A stretch of 64,000 nucleotides of DNA from Candidatus Aldehydirespirator sp. (GTDB lineage: Bacteria; Actinomycetota; Acidimicrobiia; Acidimicrobiales; Aldehydirespiratoraceae): positions 2,299,572 through 2,363,571 of the forward strand of contig OZ242033.1 in NCBI GenBank assembly GCA_965205155.1, in the 5' to 3' direction. Of this stretch, positions 1-8,027 are shown piece by piece; position 1 is the first letter of the stretch; every line of letters begins with the position of its first letter. The position numbers were made by a program, and so were the translations under genes. A model generated the notes under the pieces. The model saw only the letters and a program-made list of their open reading frames with translations. It was not told where the DNA came from and ran no database searches.

Positions 1-1373
1 ACCAGCAGGGTGGCCAGTCCCTGGGCCCGAGCCTCGCGGATGTCGTCCCACACTGCGGCCTGGGCCCCGACATCGATCCCGCGCGTCGGGTGGTTGGCGA
101 TGAGGACGGCCGGCTCGGCCACCATCTCGCGGCCGAGAATCAATTTCTGCTGGTTGCCCCCCGACAGCGCGTGGGCTGACACCTCGATGTTGGGGGTGCG
201 GACGTCGAAGTCGGTCTTGATCTTGCTCGCCCGGCCCCTCATGCCGGCGCGGCTCAGCCACGGGCCTCGCGAGTACGGCGCCTCGGTCTGGTGGCCGAGG
301 GCGGCGTTCTCCCAGAGGGTGAAGCCCAGCAGCAGGCCGTCCTGGTGGCGGTCCTGCGGTACGTAGCCCAGGCCCATCTCCCGCCGGTGGCGAACCGAGA
401 GATGGGTGATCTCGCGCCCCAGCAGGGTGATGGTGCCCTCATCGGGGTCGTCTAGGCCGATGATGGCGTTCACCAGTTCGGCCTGCCCGTTGCCCTCCAC
501 CCCGGCTATGCCGACGATCTCGCCCCGGTGGACGCGCAGGCTCACGTCGTCGACCACCGCCCGGTCACCCTCTCCGACGACCCGCAGGCCGTCGACTGAG
601 AGGGCGGCGTCCTCGGTAACGGTGGAGGCGCCCGCGTCGGGGACGGGCAGCTCCGAGCCGATCATCATCTCGGCCAGGTCGTGGGCGGTCACCTCGTCGG
701 GCCTGACCGTGCCCACCGTGCGACCCTGGCGCAGCACGGTGATCGTGTCGGCGATCTCCAGCACCTCGTCGAGCTTGTGGTCGATGAACAGGATGGTGGA
801 ACCGCTGGCCTTGAGCTCGCGGATGTTGCGGAACAGCTCGTCCACCTCCTGGGGCACCAGGACCGCGGTCGGCTCGTCGAGGATGAGGATCTCGGCCCCC
901 CGGTACAGGACCTTGATGATCTCCACCCGCTGCCGCTCGCCGATCTCGAGGGTCTCCACCAGGTCGTCGGCGTTGATGTCGAGGCCGTAGGCCCGGCCCA
1001 CTTCGTCGAGGTGCTCGCGCCCGGCGTCGAAGTCGATCCGCCCGAACGAGCGCATCGGCTCGGCCCCGAGGATCACGTTCTCCAGCACGGTGAGCTGATC
1101 GGCCAGCATGAAGTGCTGGTGGACCATGCCGATTCCCAGGTCGATGGCCTGGGCCGGCGAGTGCAGCTCCACGGCCTCGCCCCGGATCCTTATGGTCCCC
1201 GAGTCGGGCGGCTGCATGCCGTAGAGGATCTTCATGAGGGTCGACTTGCCGGCCCCGTTCTCGCCGCAGATGGCGTGGATCTCGCCCTCGGCCACCTCCA
1301 GGTTGATGTCGTCGTTGGCCACGACGCCGGGGAACCGCTTGGTGATCCCTGTCAGCTCGATGGCCAGCGGCAC
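1..1373 (-). CDS. ABC transporter ATP-binding protein, fused double-ATPase type of the BMP/nucleoside uptake family (3' end lies beyond window start)
   Basis: Absent from the ORF track because it runs off the window. Reverse translation from GTG 1373..1371 (GAGGAGG just upstream) gives VPLAIELTGITKRFPGVVANDDINLEVAEGEIHAICGENGAGKSTLMKILYG (Walker A), then ILILDEPTAVL and LSGGNQQKLILGRE in the second half. Lies directly downstream of the BMP lipoprotein gene. Confidence 0.85.
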   Translation of the reverse strand, partial: MPLAIELTGITKRFPGVVANDDINLEVAEGEIHAICGENGAGKSTLMKILYGMQPPDSGTIRIRGEAVELHSPAQAIDLGIGMVHQHFMLADQLTVLENVILGAEPMRSFGRIDFDAGREHLDEVGRAYGLDINADDLVETLEIGERQRVEIIKVLYRGAEILILDEPTAVLVPQEVDELFRNIRELKASGSTILFIDHKLDEVLEIADTITVLRQGRTVGTVRPDEVTAHDLAEMMIGSELPVPDAGASTVTEDAALSVDGLRVVGEGDRAVVDDVSLRVHRGEIVGIAGVEGNGQAELVNAIIGLDDPDEGTITLLGREITHLSVRHRREMGLGYVPQDRHQDGLLLGFTLWENAALGHQTEAPYSRGPWLSRAGMRGRASKIKTDFDVRTPNIEVSAHALSGGNQQKLILGREMVAEPAVLIANHPTRGIDVGAQAAVWDDIREARAQGLATLL

Positions 1374-1481
1374 TTGGCCTCCTCTTCAACGCGACGACCG
1401 GGCCGGACGTTAGCCCGGCCCGGTCGCTTCATCACGAATGCAAATCGTCCAGAACGCTCGCGCGCTCCAGACGCTCGGCTC

Positions 1482-2714
1482 CTAGGGCTCGGTCGGCACC
1501 GCTATGTCGCCGGACACGATCTGAGCCTTGAACGCCTCGAGCTGGCCGGCGATGTCGTCCACGAAGCCGCCCGAGGTGCTGTATCCGACGCCGTCCACCG
1601 ACAGGTCGTAGGCCGTCGGTCCGGGCTGCATGGTGCCCTCGATCACGGACTTGATCATCTCGAAGATCGACACGTCCACCCGCTTGAGCATCGAGGTCAG
1701 GATGTAGTCGCGCACGCCGGCGTCGGCGGTGTGGTACTGGTCGGAGTCGACGCCGATGGCCCACACCTTGGACCCGGTGGCATCGCTCTGCTCCAGGGCG
1801 GCCTGGAAGAGGCCCGCGCCGGAGCCTCCGGCCGCGTGGTACACGATGTCGGCGCCGCCCTCGTACATGGCCAGCGCGATCTCCTTGGCCCGGTCCGGGG
1901 CGTTGAAGCCGTCGAAGTCCGGGGCCTCGGTGATGTAGTTGCTGATGATCTCGATGTCGGGATTGACGGCCCGGGCGCCGGCATTGAAGCCCGCCTCGAA
2001 GCGCTCGATCAGGCCGCCCACGTTGGCGACCCCGCCGATGAAGCCGATAGTGCCCGTCTGGCTCTTGAGAGCGGCAGCTGCGCCGACCAGGAAGGAGCCC
2101 TCATGCTCGGCGAACACCAGGCCGGCGATGTTCTCGCCGTAGGGGGCCGGAGGATCGGCGCCCCAGTTGATCATGGCCGAGTCGACCACGCCGAACATGG
2201 TGTCGGGGTTCTCCGCGCCGACCGCGGCCGCGTCGCCCTCGAACAGGAAGCCGACGCCGATGACGATGTCGTGCTCGCTGGCGGCGAGCTGCAGCAGCTC
2301 GCCCCGGTTCGAGCCGTCGGGCTCGGGGGACGCCTCGGTGAAGGTGATGCCCAGTTCCGCCGCGGCCCGCTCGATGCCGGCGGCGGCCGAGTCGTTGAAC
2401 GACTGGTCGCCCCGGCCGCCGATGTCGAACACCAGGCCGACGGAGATGTCGGTCATCTCGGGCTCGGCTTCGTCCTCGTGGTCGTGGTCTGCCTCGTCCT
2501 CGTGGTCGTGGTCGGCTTCGTCCTCTTGGTCGTGGTCTGCCTCGTCCTCGTGGTCGGCTTCGTCCTCGTGGTCGGGTTCGGGGGCCGGCTCCGGTTCGGC
2601 CGGTGCCGGTTCGGGTGCGCTGACGGTCTCCGGGTCGTCATCGTCGCCGCACGCGGCAGCGAGCAGCGCAAACGACAACAGGATCGCGGTCAGCGCAAGC
2701 AAGCGCTTTCTCAT
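1482..2714 (-). CDS. BMP-family (PnrA/Med-like) ABC transporter substrate-binding lipoprotein
   Basis: ORF 1482..2825 trimmed to ATG 2714 (GGAGGAAGG upstream). Signal plus lipobox MRKRLLALTAILLSFALLAAAC. Body VGLVFDIGGRGDQSFNDSAAAG...IGFIGG is typical of the Bmp family. Confidence 0.9.
   Translation of the reverse strand: MRKRLLALTAILLSFALLAAACGDDDDPETVSAPEPAPAEPEPAPEPDHEDEADHEDEADHDQEDEADHDHEDEADHDHEDEAEPEMTDISVGLVFDIGGRGDQSFNDSAAAGIERAAAELGITFTEASPEPDGSNRGELLQLAASEHDIVIGVGFLFEGDAAAVGAENPDTMFGVVDSAMINWGADPPAPYGENIAGLVFAEHEGSFLVGAAAALKSQTGTIGFIGGVANVGGLIERFEAGFNAGARAVNPDIEIISNYITEAPDFDGFNAPDRAKEIALAMYEGGADIVYHAAGGSGAGLFQAALEQSDATGSKVWAIGVDSDQYHTADAGVRDYILTSMLKRVDVSIFEMIKSVIEGTMQPGPTAYDLSVDGVGYSTSGGFVDDIAGQLEAFKAQIVSGDIAVPTEP
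2464..2578 (-). repeat. Tandem 24/18-nt coding repeats giving a His/Asp/Glu-rich linker (HEDEADHEDEADHDQEDEADHDHEDEADHDHEDEAEPE)
   Basis: Repeated gtcctcgtggtcgtggtc(t/g)gc(c/t)tc units are visible at 2466-2575, just after the lipobox of the BMP lipoprotein. Confidence 0.85.
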
Positions 2715-2772
2715 TGGCCTTCCTCCAGGGTCGATAAGGCGGTCTAGGCCGCGAATGCTAATGGACGGATGC

Positions 2773-3804
2773 TCAGTTCCGCGAGTGGAGAGAGTGATTC
2801 GCGGTCCACTCCAGGAAGGCCTCAACCGGCCACGTGTTCACGATGTCGTCGACGGGCACGCCGCAGCGCACCGCCTTGTCGGCGCCGTACGGCTGCCATT
2901 CGAGCTGACCGGTGGCGTGGGCGTCGGTGTCGACCGACACCTTGCATCCCCATTCCACCGCCAGCCGCAGCAATTCCTCGGGGGGATCCTGGCGCTCGGG
3001 GCGGCAGTTGATCTCGACCGCCTTGTCGAACCGGGCGCAGGCCGCGAACACGATGTCGGCGTCGAACGACGACGGCGGGCGCCCCCCTCCGACCACCTTG
3101 CGGTTGGTGCAGTGGCCGAGGATGTCGGTGTGCGGGCTGGCGATCGCGGCCACCATGCGCGGCGTCATCTCGTCCGAGGGCATTCTCAGCTTCGAGTGGA
3201 CTGAGGCCACGACCACGTCCAGCTCGGTGAGCAGCTCCTCGGACAGGTCCAGCGACCCGTCCTCGAGGATGTCCACCTCCATCCCGGTCAGGATCCTGAA
3301 CGGAGCCATCTCGACGTTGAGTCGGGCGATCTCGGACATCTGGCGTCGCAACCGGCCCTCGTCGAGCCCGTGGGCGACGGTGAGGCGGGCCGAGTGGTCG
3401 GTGATCGCCACCCACTCGTGGCCGAGGGCGGCCGCGGTGGTGGCCATGGCCCGCAGCGACGCCCCACCGTCGGACCAGGTGGTATGGCAGTGGCAGTCGC
3501 CGCGCAGGCTCTCCATCACGGGGCCGCCCGCGCCGGCGGGCACCCGGCTGCGTTGCTCGAGCTGAGCGAGGTAACCGTCGTCGACGCCCGCCATGGCCTC
3601 GGCTATGACCCGCGCCGTGCTGGGGCCCAGGCCGTCGATCTCAGTGAGGGTGCCCGCCGCGACTCGCTCGGCGAGCTCGGTGCTGTCGAGGGCCTCGACC
3701 ACTGCCAGTGCCCGCTGGAACGCTCGCACCTTGGGGGCGGGGGCGAGTTCGCGGTCCAGGTAGTGCACGGCAAGCCCTAGTGCCACCGAAGGCCGCATAA
3801 CCAC
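2773..3804 (-). CDS. PHP-domain phosphoesterase with N-terminal helix-hairpin-helix region (Pol X C-terminal-like)
   Basis: 343-aa ORF. PHP metal motifs GDCHCHTTWSDG, ITDHS, VASVHS, ILGHC and SVDTDAH. N-terminal IDGLGPSTARVIAE is HhH-like. Confidence 0.8.
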   Translation of the reverse strand: MVMRPSVALGLAVHYLDRELAPAPKVRAFQRALAVVEALDSTELAERVAAGTLTEIDGLGPSTARVIAEAMAGVDDGYLAQLEQRSRVPAGAGGPVMESLRGDCHCHTTWSDGGASLRAMATTAAALGHEWVAITDHSARLTVAHGLDEGRLRRQMSEIARLNVEMAPFRILTGMEVDILEDGSLDLSEELLTELDVVVASVHSKLRMPSDEMTPRMVAAIASPHTDILGHCTNRKVVGGGRPPSSFDADIVFAACARFDKAVEINCRPERQDPPEELLRLAVEWGCKVSVDTDAHATGQLEWQPYGADKAVRCGVPVDDIVNTWPVEAFLEWTANHSLHSRN

Positions 3805-3858
3805 CGAAGCTACCCGTCGGGTGCGGCCGTCACGGCGCCGCGGCTCGGGGGCCGTGTT

Positions 3859-3907
3859 TCCCGCTCTTGTTCGCTGCGCTCACGGGCCGCTCGGGCCACG
3901 GCCTCGC
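3859..3907 (-). repeat. Dispersed ~50-nt core repeat, copy A (sense on minus strand)
   Basis: The reverse complement reads GCGAGGCCGTGGCCCGAGCGGCCCGTGAGCGCAGCGAACAAGAGCGGGA, near-identical to the copies at 9743, 12117, 21399, 21451 and 25452. Confidence 0.9.
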
Positions 3908-3933
3908 TCAGAGTCTCGCGAGACACACATGAA

Positions 3934-4305
3934 CTAGCGCCCGCCCGCTCGGCCTCTGAGCCGGTGGCGGTTGGCCGCGATGAGGGCGTAGGCCGGACGC
4001 GCCAGCCAGCACAGCGGAGGGTGGATGATCAACAGTCCGGCCGCGGCCCAGATCCCACCGGCCGCGACCAGGGATCGCCCGATCGCCTCGGCGCCGCGTG
4101 ACCGCCGTGTGCCGCTGCCGCGGTCGTCGATCCACCACACCGCGGCCCGTACGTCAGGCTCGGATAGGCCCAGCCGGTCCAGTTGCAGCGACTGCCACGG
4201 CTCGACCCGGGCATCGGCGGGCAGGTGGGCCTCGATCCAGCGAGCCGACCGGATGCAGAAGCCACACTCGCCGTCGTAGACCAGCAGCACGCCTCCATTC
4301 TGCAT
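3934..4305 (-). CDS. Thiol-disulfide oxidoreductase DCC family protein (DUF393)
   Basis: This is the C-terminal 123 aa of track ORF 3934..5673, starting at ATG 4305: MQNGGVLLVYDGECGFCIRSARWI, the family's DGxCxxC motif. The rest of that 579-aa ORF is antisense to ychF. Confidence 0.75.
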   Translation of the reverse strand: MQNGGVLLVYDGECGFCIRSARWIEAHLPADARVEPWQSLQLDRLGLSEPDVRAAVWWIDDRGSGTRRSRGAEAIGRSLVAAGGIWAAAGLLIIHPPLCWLARPAYALIAANRHRLRGRAGGR

Positions 4306-4403
4306 GCACACGTCCCGCCTGAAACGGAATTGGCCGCGGTGGGTGCCCGTTTGGGCGTTCTCGGCTGCCAATTCCTGTAGGTCCGGCGGTAGCCTGTTTC
4401 GCC

Positions 4404-4493
4404 ATGTCCAAGCGCACGAGCAAGCGCCGGGCCAAGGCTCGCCGATCGAAGGCGAACCACGGACGCAAGCCCAACGCCGGCCGGAACAGCTAG
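4404..4493 (+). CDS. Candidate 50S ribosomal protein bL37 (29 aa, actinobacteria-specific)
   Basis: Not in the ORF track (too short). ATG 4404 to TAG 4491-4493 gives MSKRTSKRRAKARRSKANHGRKPNAGRNS. The K/R-rich peptide with KANHG+KPNA resembles mycobacterial bL37 as I recall it. Confidence 0.6.
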   Translation: MSKRTSKRRAKARRSKANHGRKPNAGRNS

Positions 4494-4548
4494 ACAGCTG
4501 AACGGCTGCGCGGCCGGCCGGTGTGGCCGGTAGGACACGGAGCCCGCA

Positions 4549-5622
4549 ATGGAGCGATTCGGATTCGTCGGGCTGCCCAATTCGGGCAAGACATCGCTGC
4601 ACAATGCTCTGGCCGGCGGCGACGCGGTCGCGGCCCGGCACGCCTTCTCCACGAAGTCGGCCAATGTGGGGGTGGCGAGGGTTCCCGACGCGCGCCTTCT
4701 CCCGCTGGCGGAGATGAGCGGCAGCCGTCGCACGGTGCATGCATCCGTGCAGTTCACCGACATCGGCGGCCTGGTATCGGGCTCGAACCGGGGCGAGGGA
4801 CTGGGCAACGCCTTCCTGGGGCACATTCGTGACACCGACGCGATCGTGTATGTGCTGCGTGCCTTTGCCGATCCCGACATTGCCGGCGATGACGACCCGC
4901 TGAACAGCCTCCGGGTGCTCGAGACGGAGCTGGCCCTGGCCGACCTCGACAGTGCCGCCCGCCAACTCGACAAGCTTGCCCGGGCTGCCAAGGGTGATCC
5001 CTCGCTCCGGGCTGGTCGCGACTTGCTGGCGCGGGTGATCGGGGTGCTCGAAGACGGCGTGCCGCTGTACCGAGCCGGATTCGACGACGGCACCAGGTCC
5101 GGTCTTCGCCCGTTCTTCCTGATCACCAACAAGCCGGTGCTTGCCGTGGTCAACATCGGAGAGGATCAGATCGAAGCCGCAGACGACTTGGCCCAACCGG
5201 TACGGGCCGAGCTGGGCGACGCGGAGGTCATGGCGCTGTGCGTGCAGCTCGAGGCTGAGGCGGCTCAATTCGATGAGCCGGAGCGGCCCGAGATGCTGGC
5301 CGCCCTGGGCCTGGGCAGCGGCGCTCTGGACCGGTTCCTGACCGTCGCCTATCACCTGCTCGGACTCCGGACCTTCTTGACCACGGCCCCCAAGGAGAGT
5401 CGGGCCTGGACCTTCCGGGCCGGAGCGTCGGCGGTGGAATGCGCCGGCGCCGTCCATTCCGACATTCGGCGCGGCTTCATCCGAGCGGACACCATCCGCT
5501 GGGACAAGCTGCTGGAGGCTGGTTCCTGGGTCGCGGCCCGCGATCAGGGCCTGGTGCGGTCCGAGGGCAAGGACTACCGCGTGGCCGACGGCGATGTGCT
5601 GGAGTTCAAGTTCAACGTCTGA
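4549..5622 (+). CDS. ychF: Ribosome-binding ATPase YchF
   Basis: MERFGFVGLPNSGKTSLHNALAG P-loop, FTDIGGLV G3 motif, and C-terminal TGS-like end RSEGKDYRVADGDVLEFKFNV. Confidence 0.95.
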   Translation: MERFGFVGLPNSGKTSLHNALAGGDAVAARHAFSTKSANVGVARVPDARLLPLAEMSGSRRTVHASVQFTDIGGLVSGSNRGEGLGNAFLGHIRDTDAIVYVLRAFADPDIAGDDDPLNSLRVLETELALADLDSAARQLDKLARAAKGDPSLRAGRDLLARVIGVLEDGVPLYRAGFDDGTRSGLRPFFLITNKPVLAVVNIGEDQIEAADDLAQPVRAELGDAEVMALCVQLEAEAAQFDEPERPEMLAALGLGSGALDRFLTVAYHLLGLRTFLTTAPKESRAWTFRAGASAVECAGAVHSDIRRGFIRADTIRWDKLLEAGSWVAARDQGLVRSEGKDYRVADGDVLEFKFNV

Positions 5623-5705
5623 GAGGCCGATGCGGACCGTCCCCTGACTGCGTGACTGTGGTTGAGCGGCCACGGCTGCTGACGTACCCGCACTTTCTCA
5701 TTGCG

Positions 5706-6677
5706 GTGCCCGCCAGCAACTGGCTAGGCTCGCGATTCGTGCCCGTTGCCTCCGATGTCGGGCTGCTCACCGAACTTGAGCCCAGCGTCGAGAGACTCTA
5801 TGAGCGGCACCTTCGACAGACCAAGGAGTGGCATCCCCACGTGCTCGTGCCTTGGAGCCGGGGCGAGGACTTCCCGGCTGACTACGAATGGAGCCCCGAG
5901 GAGGCGGGGCTCAGCGCCGAGGCCCGTAGCGCGCTGTTCGTCAACGTCCTGACGGAGGACAACCTGCCCTACTACTTCCGGGACATTGAGCGCATGTTCG
6001 GCCGCGAGGGCGCCTGGGGCCATTGGGTGAGGCGTTGGACCGCCGAGGAGGGCCGTCACGGGCAGGTGATACACGACTACCTCGCCGTCACCCGGTCCGT
6101 CGATCCCGTCAGTCTCGAGAGGGCGCGCATGGCCCAGGTGCAGTGCGGGCGGGTTCCCGAGCCGCCCAATGCGCTGGAGGGTCTCGCCTATGTAGCCCTA
6201 CAGGAGTTGGCCACCCGCATCTCGCACTTCAACACCGGGCGGCACATCGACGACCCGGCCGGCAGGGCCATCATGCGCCGGGTGTCCTTCGACGAGAACC
6301 TCCATTTTCTCTTCTATCGCGACGCGATGGGCGCTGCGCTCAAGCTGGAGCCGTCCCAAGCGGTAGTGGCTATCGCCAACCAGGTGAAGCGCTTCGCGAT
6401 GCCGGGTGTGGGAATAACCGACTTCGATGCACACGCCCGCACGATTGCTGAGGCAGGCATCTACGACATGGCCATCCATCACGATCAGATTCTTCAGCCA
6501 GTCGTGATGCGGGACTGGAACCTTCCGAGCATCGCCGGCCTTTCGGGGGTGGCCGAGGCGGCCCGGGACAGGCTCATGAAGTTGATAGACCGGATCGGCC
6601 GCGTCGGTCGGCTCATGTTGGAGCGCCGCTCTGAGCGCCGATCGCGCCGGGAGGAGCAAGGGGTCGGGGAGTTCTAG
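5706..6677 (+). CDS. Acyl-ACP desaturase (DesA-like di-iron fatty acid desaturase)
   Basis: TEDNLPYYF, WTAEEGRHG and QELATRISH (EXXH di-iron motifs) lie within ORF 5439..6677. The start is uncertain (GTG 5706 or GTG 5739). The upstream part of the track ORF overlaps ychF. Confidence 0.85.
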   Translation: MPASNWLGSRFVPVASDVGLLTELEPSVERLYERHLRQTKEWHPHVLVPWSRGEDFPADYEWSPEEAGLSAEARSALFVNVLTEDNLPYYFRDIERMFGREGAWGHWVRRWTAEEGRHGQVIHDYLAVTRSVDPVSLERARMAQVQCGRVPEPPNALEGLAYVALQELATRISHFNTGRHIDDPAGRAIMRRVSFDENLHFLFYRDAMGAALKLEPSQAVVAIANQVKRFAMPGVGITDFDAHARTIAEAGIYDMAIHHDQILQPVVMRDWNLPSIAGLSGVAEAARDRLMKLIDRIGRVGRLMLERRSERRSRREEQGVGEF

Positions 6678-6712
6678 CGCTCGCCCGCCCGATCGGCGTA
6701 GCCGATAGACCG

Positions 6713-7075
6713 GTGCAGGAGGCTCCGAGAACTAGATTTGCGTCCATGGCCTGGCTGATGGTCGGTGAGCGGGTGGTGGCGTCCCTCGAGATCGCCTCCA
6801 CCGGCCGCGAGCGTCGTAGGGGCTTGTCCGGACGCGACGGGATCGAGGGTGCCCTGCTGCTCGAGCGAACCCGCTCGGTGCACTCGTTCGGCATGCGCTT
6901 TCCCATCGACGTGGCCCACTGCGACGCCGACATGCGGGTCCTGCGGGTGGCGACCATGCGGCCCAACCGCGTCGGGCGACCGGTGTGGCGGGCCACCGTG
7001 GTCATAGAGGCCGAGGCGGGAAGCATGCAGCGCTGGGGCGTTGCTCCCGGTGTGGAGCTAGAGATCCGGCGATGA
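6713..7075 (+). CDS. DUF192 domain-containing protein
   Basis: 120 aa. RGLSGRDGIEGALLLERTRSVHSFGMRFPIDVAHCDADMRVL...IEAEAG matches the DUF192 (COG1430) pattern. Alternative start ATG 6746. Confidence 0.75.
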   Translation: MQEAPRTRFASMAWLMVGERVVASLEIASTGRERRRGLSGRDGIEGALLLERTRSVHSFGMRFPIDVAHCDADMRVLRVATMRPNRVGRPVWRATVVIEAEAGSMQRWGVAPGVELEIRR

Positions 7076-7120
7076 CCGGTTCGCAACCTGGATCTGCACC
7101 GCCGGCGATGACCGGTTCGC
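7066..7120 (+). repeat. 36-nt-period duplication of the DUF192-stop/rsmI-start junction (19-nt identical cores ccggcgatgaccggttcgc at 7066 and 7102)
   Basis: The exact 19-mer occurs twice. The following sequence is related with indels (aacctggatctgcaccg vs tggtcctggtcggcacg). In frame it gives MTGSQPGSAPPA-MTGSLVLVGTPI. Confidence 0.85.
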
Positions 7121-7941
7121 TGGTCCTGGTCGGCACGCCGATCGGCAACCTCGGCGATCTCAGCCCGAGGGCGGTGGAGGCTCTTGCTTCCGCCGACCTG
7201 GTGTGCTGCGAGGACACGCGGCGCACTGGGCGGCTGCTGGAGCATGCGGGGCTGCAAGGAGTGCGGCTCCGGCGCGTCGACGAGCACACCGAGGCCGCGG
7301 CGGTCACCCACGTCCTCGAGCTGCTCACCGGCGGAGCCTTGGTTGCGGTGGTGACCGATGCCGGCATGCCCGCGCTGACCGATCCCGGCGGCCGGTTGGT
7401 AGCCGCGTCCGCGGAGGCGGGCCACAACGTGACCGTGGTGCCCGGCCCTTCCGCCGGTCTGGCCGCCCTGGCCATCAGCGGTCTTCCCGCAGGCCGCTTC
7501 TGCTTCGAGGGTTTCCTGCCCCGCAAGGGCAAGGCCCGTGCCGAGCGCCTGGAGCAGATAGCGCGGGAGGGGCGCACGACGGTGGTGTACGAGTCACCGC
7601 ATCGCTTGCGGTCCAGCCTCGAAGACCTGTCCGAGGCGTGCGGGCCGTCCCGCCGGGGCGTTGTGGCCCGTGAGCTCACCAAGATGCACGAGGAGGTCGC
7701 GAGAGGGAGCCTGGCCGACTTGTGCCAATGGGCCGCCGGCCCGGTGAAGGGAGAGGTGGTGATCGTGATCGAGGGAGCCGGAGAGGACATGGCCGCCGCG
7801 ACCGATGATGAGCTCAGGGTCGCAGTCGAGTCTCTCGTGGCCGGCGGAGCGAGCCGCAAGGATGCAGTCGAGGTGACCGCGGCCGCTCATGGGGTGTCGC
7901 GCCGTCAGCTCTACAACCTCGTCGTCAACACCGAGGACTGA
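7072..7941 (+). CDS. rsmI: 16S rRNA (cytidine1402-2'-O)-methyltransferase
   Basis: LVLVGTPIGNLGDLSPRAVEALASADLVCCEDTRRTGRLL, FCFEGFLPRKG and VYESPHR. ATG 7072 overlaps the DUF192 stop (ATGA). Alternative start ATG 7108. Confidence 0.9.
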   Translation: MTGSQPGSAPPAMTGSLVLVGTPIGNLGDLSPRAVEALASADLVCCEDTRRTGRLLEHAGLQGVRLRRVDEHTEAAAVTHVLELLTGGALVAVVTDAGMPALTDPGGRLVAASAEAGHNVTVVPGPSAGLAALAISGLPAGRFCFEGFLPRKGKARAERLEQIAREGRTTVVYESPHRLRSSLEDLSEACGPSRRGVVARELTKMHEEVARGSLADLCQWAAGPVKGEVVIVIEGAGEDMAAATDDELRVAVESLVAGGASRKDAVEVTAAAHGVSRRQLYNLVVNTED

Positions 7942-8027
7942 GCCCCGAAGTAGCAAGACGTTCGCAATCCACAATCCGACGGCGGGGCGGTCGCCCCGGC
8001 TGGGGACGGTCTTGGCATCTGGGGATA

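Noticed and set aside
681-2747. 688-aa plus-strand ORF spanning the ABC ATPase and BMP lipoprotein region
   Set aside because: It is antisense to two genes with clear family motifs. Its translation is Arg/Gly/His-rich with no motifs, a typical high-GC shadow ORF.
3934-5673. 579-aa minus-strand ORF
   Set aside because: Only its last 123 aa (DCC family, from ATG 4305) look real. The rest is antisense to ychF, which has unambiguous GTPase-family motifs.
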